Of a stretch of 64,000 nt of DNA, positions 38,353-45,978 are shown one piece after another. The DNA lies in NCBI GenBank assembly GCA_044226625.1, contig JBGAGQ010000017.1:1-64000 (forward strand), read 5' to 3'. This DNA comes from Thermoanaerobaculia bacterium. GTDB taxonomy: Bacteria > Acidobacteriota > Thermoanaerobaculia > Multivoradales > UBA5704. The notes beneath the pieces are model-generated. The model was given only the letters and a program-made list of their open reading frames with translations. It was not told where the DNA came from and did not search any database. Within the stretch, counting starts at the first letter, position 1; each line of letters opens with the position of its first letter. The translations under genes were made by a program, and so were the position numbers.

Positions 38353-40162
38353 ACCGGAAAAGCGGCGCGAGGACCCGGCCGATCAGGCGTATCGGGAGGG
38401 GACCGACGCGATCCGCAATCATCCGCTGTTCCTGCCGCTCACCTTTCGCACGGACTTCTACCGCAACGTCCACCAAAACCTCTGCCCGCCGGGTGGTTGG
38501 GCGGTCGCCAACGTGCGGGGCCTCGTCTACTGCCACCCCAAGCGGCGGGCGAGCCCGGAGGAGTGGACCTGGGTGATCGGACACTGCCTGCTCCACTATG
38601 GATTCGGGCATTTTCAGACTCGAGCCCGTCCCGACCTTTGGAACGTTGCCTGCGACTTCTTCATCGACCGCTTTCTCGCCGATTTGAAGCTGGGCCGGCG
38701 CCCCGCGGAGATCCCCGAGCTGAAGCTTCCACCCGGGGCGCCCGCGACCTCGGAAAACGCGCTGTACGACTGGCTGTTCGAAAACGGCGTTCCCGTGGAG
38801 CTTCGCGGCGGCGGGACCGCCGGACCGGGAGCGTTGGACCTTTCGTTCGAGGTGGACCGATGGCGGGGCAAGCTCACGCCATACGGCAAAGAGTGGAGGG
38901 ACGCGCTGGGCGCGGGGCTGCGCAACGCCGTCGCAGCGGCGGTCGACGTCGCGGGAGGTAAAGCGGCGAGCCTCACCGGGGCTACGGGGCCGACCACTCC
39001 TGCCCAACGCGGAAGGTCTTGGTTCATGACCCGCTATCCGCTGCTGGGAGCGCTCGCGGCCTCGTTCCGGCTGATCGAAGACGGCGAGGTCTGCCGCCGC
39101 CTGGACGTCCACGTGGCGGCGGTCGACGCCGAGGCGCGCGAGCTCTACGTCAACCCGCAGATCGGCATGGACGACGGCGAGGCTCGCTTCGTGATGGCTC
39201 ACGAGCTGCTGCACGTTGGCCTCCGCCATCAGGCTCGCTGCCAGGGGCGCGATCCGTTCCTCTGGAACGTCGCGTGCGACTACGTCATCAATGCCTGGTT
39301 GGTGGAGATGGACGTGGGACGGCCGCCGGCTTTCGGAGTGCTGCTCGATCCGGAGCTGAAGGGGCTTTCGGCGGAAGCGATCTACGACCGGATCGTCGGC
39401 GACCTCCGCCGGTTTCGGAAGATTTCGACCTTGCGCGGTGTGGGCGTCGGCGACATCCTTCCGGGCAGAAACCCGCGCTGGTGGCAGGTAGGGGAGGGGG
39501 TGGCGCTCGATGAGCTCTACCGCAACTGCCTGACCCAGGGGCTGCTCTGGCACCGCGACCAATGTCGCGGTCTCCTCCCCGCCGGCCTGATCGAAGAGAT
39601 CGAGGCGCTCGCGCAGCCGGTGATTCCGTGGGACGTGCAGCTTGCGCAGTGGTTCGATCACCGGTTCCCGCCCAAGGAGAAACGGCGCACCTATGCCCGT
39701 CCGAGCCGGCGCCAGATGGCGACTCCCGATCTGCCGCGACCTCGCTTGGCGCCCCTCGACGACGGCTCGATCCGCACCTTCGCGGTGGTCCTCGATACCT
39801 CCGGAAGCATGGATCGGAAGCTCCTGGCCAAGGCGCTCGGCGTGATCGCGAGCTATGCCGCCTCGCACGAGGTCGACGCCGTGCGGCTCGTGTTCTGCGA
39901 CGCCGCCGCGTACGACGAGGGCTACGTCCGTGCGGAGGACATCGCGGGCCGGGTGCGGGTCAAGGGCCGCGGCGGCACCGTCCTCATGCCCGGTATCGAG
40001 CTCCTCGAGAAGGCCCCGGATTTTCCGCGAAGCGGGCCGATCCTGTTGATCACCGACGGTTTCTGCGACGACCTCACGATTCGCCGTGACCACGCCTATC
40101 TCGTGCCGGCGGGGAACTCTCTGCCCTTCTCTCCACGAGGTCCGGTGTTCGGGATTTCGTGA
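38342..40162 (+). CDS. DUF2201-type putative metallopeptidase plus VWA domain protein
   Basis: HCLLH..GH and HELLH..RH, each followed by WNVACD; VWA motifs DTSGSM, GRGGT, ITDG; GTG start overlaps the ATPase. Confidence 0.85.
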   Translation: MPRKPEKRREDPADQAYREGTDAIRNHPLFLPLTFRTDFYRNVHQNLCPPGGWAVANVRGLVYCHPKRRASPEEWTWVIGHCLLHYGFGHFQTRARPDLWNVACDFFIDRFLADLKLGRRPAEIPELKLPPGAPATSENALYDWLFENGVPVELRGGGTAGPGALDLSFEVDRWRGKLTPYGKEWRDALGAGLRNAVAAAVDVAGGKAASLTGATGPTTPAQRGRSWFMTRYPLLGALAASFRLIEDGEVCRRLDVHVAAVDAEARELYVNPQIGMDDGEARFVMAHELLHVGLRHQARCQGRDPFLWNVACDYVINAWLVEMDVGRPPAFGVLLDPELKGLSAEAIYDRIVGDLRRFRKISTLRGVGVGDILPGRNPRWWQVGEGVALDELYRNCLTQGLLWHRDQCRGLLPAGLIEEIEALAQPVIPWDVQLAQWFDHRFPPKEKRRTYARPSRRQMATPDLPRPRLAPLDDGSIRTFAVVLDTSGSMDRKLLAKALGVIASYAASHEVDAVRLVFCDAAAYDEGYVRAEDIAGRVRVKGRGGTVLMPGIELLEKAPDFPRSGPILLITDGFCDDLTIRRDHAYLVPAGNSLPFSPRGPVFGIS

Positions 40163-40170
40163 GGAAAGGC

Positions 40171-40205
40171 GAGCCGCCTCCCGCGCTCGACGGGAGGCGA
40201 CTCGA
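40171..40205. terminator. Hairpin between convergent genes
   Basis: GAGCCGCCTCCCG-cgctcga-CGGGAGGCGACTC. Confidence 0.5.
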
Positions 40206-40222
40206 GGAATCGATCGCCTCGG

Positions 40223-40534
40223 TCAGACCGTGATCGGAACCGCCACGGTCCAGTTCGCCCCGACCGCCGTGCTCGCCGGCGCGGTGTAGGTTTTGGGTAC
40301 GCCGCCCGTGGTGAGGGTCACTTTGAACGCCTGCGGGCCGCCCCAGTTGATCCCCACCATGATGAGGGTGTAAGCACCCGGCGCCAGGATGGCCTGCGGA
40401 CGGACCGTGTAGCTCACGGGGTCGTTGTAGCCCGATTTGATGTGGCAAATCTCCGAGCTTCCGGCGGGAGTGGAGGCCAGGATGTAGAGCTCGTTGTCCG
40501 TGGCGCTGACTTCGATCTTCGTGGTCTGGGACAT
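40223..40534 (-). CDS. Small beta-rich hypothetical protein
   Basis: 103 aa; GGAG RBS; coding-like codon usage; GINWGGP. Confidence 0.7.
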   Translation of the reverse strand: MSQTTKIEVSATDNELYILASTPAGSSEICHIKSGYNDPVSYTVRPQAILAPGAYTLIMVGINWGGPQAFKVTLTTGGVPKTYTAPASTAVGANWTVAVPITV

Positions 40535-40697
40535 GACGCGATCTCCGGTGCCCGTCCGTCGAGAATCATTTCTCGCCGGCTGACGGGGAAGATCCGGTCA
40601 GGCGTCCGATGGGTTAGTGCATTCCAAAGTCGAAAAGCCGCGCCGTCGTCGATCCTTCGGCTCCGGTCCGTGTCAAGATCGCTCCCGGAGGAGCACC

Positions 40698-41360
40698 ATG
40701 AAACCATCCACCAAGAAGGCGATTCGCTGGACGGCGATCGGTCTGGGCCTGGTCGTCGTCGCGGGCGTCACCTGGGCCTTGGTCACGATCGGACCGAGCA
40801 ACGTCTGGGGAATGCTGCGCTACGACACGCGGAAAGAGGGGAAGCTTCAGGTCGGGGACTCGGCGCCCGATGTGGCGCTCCTCGCGCTCGACGGGAAGAC
40901 GCGCGTCCACCTGCGCGAACGGGTGGGTGAACGGCCGCTCATCGTCATCTTCGGCAGCTACACCTGACCGCCTTTCCGGCGCTCGGTCGAGCGCCTCATC
41001 GATCTCCACCGCCGCTACGGCGACAAGGCCACGTTCGTCGCGGTCTACATCCGCGAAGCGCATCCGACCGACGAGTGGCAGATGGAAAGCAACGAAAAGG
41101 AAGACGTCTGCTATCCGCAGCCAAAGAGCACCGCGGCGCGGGTGGCGATTGCGAACGATTTCGTCCGCCGCTTCCACTTTCCAATCCCGCTTTTGGTCGA
41201 CCCGATCGAGAATCCGGCAGACAAGGTCTACGCCGGTTGGCCCGAGCGCTTCTATGTGATCGACGAGCAAGGGACGATCGTCTACAAGGGAAAGACCGGC
41301 CCGTTCGGATTCCACCCCGAAGAAGTCGACGCCTGGCTCGCGAAGCGGTTCGCGAGCTGA
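40698..41360 (+). CDS. Iodothyronine-deiodinase-like selenoprotein (Sec at TGA 40965-40967)
   Basis: GGAGGAG RBS; read-through gives FGSYT-U-PPF, then YIREAHPTDEW, YAGWPERFYVI, GPFGF; SECIS-like hairpin directly downstream. Confidence 0.88.
40978..40995 (+). promoter_or_regulatory. Putative bacterial SECIS element
   Basis: GGCGCTC-GGTC-GAGCGCC: perfect 7-bp stem with a G-first loop, 10 nt after the UGA. Confidence 0.7.
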
Positions 41361-41488
41361 AAACGTGGGAACTCCCGAGCCTTCGCCGAAGGACAGACGG
41401 ACTGCGTCGGGCCTCGTTCCGGCTCGCCGATCTAGAATGAGCCAGGATCATCGCGGTTCGTTCCCCTTCGACCGAGGAGCCCTTCTTC

Positions 41489-42373
41489 ATGAGCGTCGAC
41501 AGCTTCCGCTTTGCCTCGCCGTTGATCAAGCGGTACTACCAGATGAGCCGGGTGACGAGGGAGCTGCCGATTCCTTTCACACGGCCGAGAAAGCCCATCT
41601 CTGAAAGTCGGATCTCGCTCGTCACGACGGGGGGCCTCTACCGCCGTGGCCATGACGAGCCGTTCGATCAAGACCGCGAGCGGCGCGAGCCGGCGTGGGG
41701 CGATCCGAGCTACCGCGCGATCCCGACCGACGTCGACTTGGCGGAGCTCGCGGTGGGCCATCTCCACATCAACCCGGACGACCCCTCCGCCGATCCGAAC
41801 ATCCTCCTTCCGATCGACCGGATCAAGGAGCTCGTTGCGGACGGCAAAGTCGGCAGCCTCGGCGCCCGCGCCTACTCATTCATGGGATACCAGGGCTTTC
41901 CCGCCGATCCTTCCGGTTGGAAGAAGATCTATGGACCGGAGGTGCTCGCGGCGCTCCAGGCCGATCGCGTGGACGCCCTCCTGCTCACCTCGGCCTGACT
42001 GGAGTGCGCGGCCAACGTGCCCGTGTTGGCACGTCTGTTCGAAGGCGGGGGGATCGCCACGGTCGTCGTGACCAACATGCCCTTCTGGGCCGAACGGGTC
42101 GGAACCCCGCGAACGCTCGCCGTCGAGTTTCCTTTCGGTCACCCGCTCGGCGGCACGCACGATCGAGAGATGCAGCGGCGGGTGATCCTGGCGGCGCTCG
42201 AGCTCATCGAGCGAGCGAGCGCGCCGGGGGAGATCGAAGAGTTTCCGGAGAAGTGGGGCGGCTCGGTCGCCGAAGGGCGACGGATCTCCGAGCCGCGAAT
42301 CCCCGCGCCGATCACCGCCCAGATGGGGCGCCACATCGGCGCGTTCCTGCGCGGCATGCGGCGTTCGGCCTGA
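41489..42373 (+). CDS. PrdB/GrdB-like (reductase selenoprotein B family) selenoprotein (Sec at TGA 41996-41998)
   Basis: LVTTGG, GDPSYRAIP, DPNILLP, YSFMG, LLTSA-U-LEC (UxxC), VGTPR, FPFGHPLG; ORFs 41489-41998 and 42017-42373 are in the same frame. Confidence 0.87.
42011..42030 (+). promoter_or_regulatory. Putative bacterial SECIS element
   Basis: GCCAAC-GTGCCCGT-GTTGGC stem-loop, 12 nt after the UGA. Confidence 0.55.
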
Positions 42374-42467
42374 AGCGCGGCTTCGACTTCTCGCGGACGT
42401 TCGAGGCATCGATTGCGTATATCTCGGTACATTCGGGTTTTCCTGAGACTCCTTCCGGGGTGAGACG

Positions 42468-45176
42468 ATGAAAGTCACCTTCGCGTATGCCGCCTTCGTG
42501 CGCCGATTCCTCTTTGCCTTCTCGTTCCTCTTCTTCTGCGGCGCCACGCTTCTCGTTCCTTTCGCCCGCGCCGTTTCCGGCGCGGCCAGCTCATCCCTTT
42601 CCGTGGAGCCGGTGGCGGACCTCGGCCCCCGGCCGGCGATTTCCCTGCGGACTTTGCCGCGGGGCGCGGTGCGAGTCGGGGACCGGATCTTCTTCTTCGC
42701 CTCGGACGAGGTATCACGTTCGGAGCTCTGGACCACCGACGGAACGCAGACGGGCACGCGGCGAGTCCTGGACGTCTCCGCCCTGGGAGTCGATTCCTCG
42801 ATCGTCAGCGGGTCCGGACTGGTGGCGGCGCAAGGAAGGGCCTACTTTCAAACCCTCGATCCGCTCGCGGGCTTGCGGATCTGGAGGAGCGACGGCTCGC
42901 GAGAGGGGACGGTGCCGTTCTTCTCGTTGGATCTCTTCGATGACTTGGAACAGGCGCAGCCGCCGGAAGTCGTGACAGCGGCGTTGGGTCGTGATCTCCT
43001 ATTCCTGAGGACGGGCGAGGAAGGGTTGTGGGACCTGTGGCGCACCGACGGCTCGCCGTCCGGGACTCGCCGTCTGGTGTCGCTGCCGGCTCCGTCGGCC
43101 TCGAGCTCCGGTGGGAGCCAGTTCTTTGAGGCGAAAGGGCGCGCGTATTTCGCGTTGCAAGATCAGTTCTCGACGGTGACGGATCTGTGGACGACCGCCG
43201 GAACGGCGGCCGGCACGGTTCGGCTCGCTTCCGTCCCTTCGCTACCGTCGGCACCGCGCCAGCCGGTCGCCGTGGGGGGGCGTCTCTTCTTCATCGGTTT
43301 CGAAGCGGATCACGGATTCGAGCTTTGGACCTCCGACGGCTCGCCCGCGGGTACGCGGATCGTCCGCGATCTGACGCCGGGACGGCGCAGAACGTTCTTC
43401 GAGCAGTTCTTTCCAGGACGGCGCGCCCTCTATTTCACCCTGTCAACGCCGAGCGGAAGGGAGCTTTGGCGGAGCGACGGCAGCGAAGCCGGCACTTCCC
43501 GCCTGTCGACGGTCGACGGCACATTCGCCACACCCGCCGCGGAGGTCGAGGGCTCGCTGCTGTTCTTTCAGGCCGGCACGCTCTGGCGCGCGCGCGGGAC
43601 GGGCTCACCCCAACGTCTCGCACCGCGCCTCGATCCGTGCGGCCCGTCGGTCCTGGCCGCGGGCCGGTTCGAATTCTTCGCCGACGACGGCGCACGCGGC
43701 TGCCGTCTCTGGCGGAGCGACGGCACCGCCGGGGGTACCGTCCCGGCGGTCGCTTCACCAACCGATGCGTCGGAGGGGACGCTGGTCGCGCTCGAAGATC
43801 GTTTGGTCCTCTTCTCTCCCAACCTGTCGGAAATCCAGGTGATCGCCGGGGACCGCGTCATCCCGCTCCGGCGTCCGCGGGCCGAGCTTCGGTCGGGCGC
43901 CCCGACGTTCCTGGTCCCTTGGCAGGGCGGCATCGCCTTCGCGGCGAACGGCACGTCCCGTCGCGCGATCTACCGCTCCAACGGCACGGCGACGGGAACC
44001 CTTCCGATCGCCTCCGGGGACCTCTGGTCGCCGCTCTTCCTCGGTCTGCCTAGCGACCTCATTCCGCTGGGTGAAAACCTCGCGTACCTGTCGCTCGATG
44101 GAGTCGGGTCTTCCGGTTCTTCACTTTCGGATACGAACCCAAAGCAGCTCGACGGCTATCCGGTCGGCGCCGCTCATGACGGGCGCGTGCTCTTTTCCTT
44201 CGCCGGCCGCGCCTATTGGCTCACGCTCTCGGCCGACGGCCGCGACGTCGAGTTGCGAAGCACCGATGGCACGGAGGCGGGAACGGCGACCGTGAGCCGC
44301 CTCTTCGACGCGCCCGTCTCGCCGTTCGGTGGCGTGACCTACGTGCCCGATTTCTTCGTCGTCCGAGCTGAGCGCTACCTCGCCTTCTTTTTCCCGGTCA
44401 ACCCCAACGAGGTGTGGACGACCGACGGTACGGCGGCCGGTACGCGGAAAGCGGTTCGCCTCGACGGGCTCCACGACGGCTTTCTGCACGCCGGGGTGGC
44501 GTTCGGCGACGGGATGCTGTTCTCGACTTGGGCGACCCAATCGCAACCTCGGATCTGGCTCACCGACGACTCGGCCCAAGGCGCTCATCCGATCGACAAC
44601 TTGGCTATCCATTCCCTCGATCAGCGCCTGACTGCCGTGGGCCGCCTCGCGTTCTTCACCGCGAGGGATGGGGGAGGGGTGGAGCTTTGGGCGACCGATG
44701 GAACACCTTCGGGAGCTCATCGGGTTCGCGACATCGCGTCCGGGCGGCGCGGCTCGTATCCGCGCGACCTGACCGCCGTGGGCGATCGGCTGTTCTTCAC
44801 CGCCGACGACGGAGCTTCCGGCCGCGAGCTCTGGTCGAGCGACGGCACGGCCGCGGGGACCGTCCGAGTCGCCGATCTGGTTCCCGGCCCCGGGGGCTCC
44901 TTCCCGCAAAAGCTGGCGGCCGTTTTGACCGAAGGTCCCGCCCCCGTGCTCGCCTTCGCGGCGAACGACGGCGTTCACGGCCTGGAGCCCTGGCTCCTCG
45001 AAGCCGACGGAACGAGCGTCCGAATGTTGGCGGACGTGGCCCCCGGCTTCACCTCTTCGAGCCCGGCGGAATTCCTTTCCGTAGGCGCTCACCTCTATTT
45101 TGCCGCCACGACGCGTGCCACGGGACGGGAGCTTTGGAAGGCGACGCTCCAAGACCCTGAAAACACAACGCCTTAG
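42468..45176 (+). CDS. ELWxxDGT-repeat secreted beta-propeller protein
   Basis: Many ELW(T/R/S)(S/T)DG(T/S)..GT repeats; N-terminal signal-like segment. Confidence 0.9.
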   Translation: MKVTFAYAAFVRRFLFAFSFLFFCGATLLVPFARAVSGAASSSLSVEPVADLGPRPAISLRTLPRGAVRVGDRIFFFASDEVSRSELWTTDGTQTGTRRVLDVSALGVDSSIVSGSGLVAAQGRAYFQTLDPLAGLRIWRSDGSREGTVPFFSLDLFDDLEQAQPPEVVTAALGRDLLFLRTGEEGLWDLWRTDGSPSGTRRLVSLPAPSASSSGGSQFFEAKGRAYFALQDQFSTVTDLWTTAGTAAGTVRLASVPSLPSAPRQPVAVGGRLFFIGFEADHGFELWTSDGSPAGTRIVRDLTPGRRRTFFEQFFPGRRALYFTLSTPSGRELWRSDGSEAGTSRLSTVDGTFATPAAEVEGSLLFFQAGTLWRARGTGSPQRLAPRLDPCGPSVLAAGRFEFFADDGARGCRLWRSDGTAGGTVPAVASPTDASEGTLVALEDRLVLFSPNLSEIQVIAGDRVIPLRRPRAELRSGAPTFLVPWQGGIAFAANGTSRRAIYRSNGTATGTLPIASGDLWSPLFLGLPSDLIPLGENLAYLSLDGVGSSGSSLSDTNPKQLDGYPVGAAHDGRVLFSFAGRAYWLTLSADGRDVELRSTDGTEAGTATVSRLFDAPVSPFGGVTYVPDFFVVRAERYLAFFFPVNPNEVWTTDGTAAGTRKAVRLDGLHDGFLHAGVAFGDGMLFSTWATQSQPRIWLTDDSAQGAHPIDNLAIHSLDQRLTAVGRLAFFTARDGGGVELWATDGTPSGAHRVRDIASGRRGSYPRDLTAVGDRLFFTADDGASGRELWSSDGTAAGTVRVADLVPGPGGSFPQKLAAVLTEGPAPVLAFAANDGVHGLEPWLLEADGTSVRMLADVAPGFTSSSPAEFLSVGAHLYFAATTRATGRELWKATLQDPENTTP

Positions 45177-45357
45177 AAATGGGGACGGGGGCCTGACCGC
45201 GTTTTCAAGGCGCCATGGCATGAAGGCTGCACTTTATCGAGGGCGGAACCGGCCCCCGAGAGGGTCGGACATGAATCCAAACGAAGGCCGCGGTTCCCAT
45301 TGCTTGCGATTCGGAGATTTCGTTGCGAGCTGCGGTCGAGAGAAAAGGAGACATGGC

Positions 45358-45765
45358 ATGCGAACCCTGAAATCGACACTTTACGTACTTGGTACGGCGG
45401 CGTTGCTTACGCTTCCGTTGCAGGCCAACGCGGCGGCGGCCCCTCCGATGAAGACTCCTCCCGCGACCACGGCACCTGCGGCGCCGGCGGAGAACGTCCA
45501 AACCTGGACCGGCTGGATCACCGACAACTGCGACGGCGTGCATGGCGCGTCGGCCGACAACACCAAGGCGAAGGTTCAGGGTTGCAAGGAACGCGGCGGT
45601 CGCGTGGTGTTCTACAACCTCTCGGACAAGCGTTTCTACGATCTCGACAATCTCGACCTCGCGCTGGACAACGTCGGTCACCTGGTGACCGTGAAGGGAG
45701 TCCGGGACTACAACCTGATCAAGGTCGACTCGATCGTTCCGGACGGCGCGCAGAATCCAAGCTAA
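45358..45765 (+). CDS. Small secreted protein (OB-fold-like, two Cys)
   Basis: AAGGAG RBS; signal peptide ending ANA; Pro/Ala linker; TWTGWITDNC...VTVKG. Confidence 0.75.
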   Translation: MRTLKSTLYVLGTAALLTLPLQANAAAAPPMKTPPATTAPAAPAENVQTWTGWITDNCDGVHGASADNTKAKVQGCKERGGRVVFYNLSDKRFYDLDNLDLALDNVGHLVTVKGVRDYNLIKVDSIVPDGAQNPS

Positions 45766-45805
45766 CGAGCTTCCCGGCCGGTTAACCGGCTCTCCTCCCC
45801 GCTCC

Positions 45806-45840
45806 GCGCGGTGCCTCCCCTCCGGCACCGCGCTTTTTTT
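45806..45840 (+). terminator. Rho-independent terminator
   Basis: GCGCGGTGCC-tcccctcc-GGCACCGCGC followed by T7. Confidence 0.85.
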
Positions 45841-45978
45841 AGGCCCCTTTCCAGCGCAAGCGCTTCTTCGCGTTCGTGCTATCCTCCCCGCACTACTTTC
45901 GGTAGAGCTTTTCGGATCCCTCGTCCTTCTCGACGCCCGCTCGGGCGCCAAGGTTGGAGATTTCCTGGGAGGTCTGCG

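Noticed and set aside
42468-45176. Repeated DNA motifs that could suggest a CRISPR array
   Set aside because: They are degenerate coding repeats of ELWxxDGT; there are no identical repeats with spacers and no cas genes.
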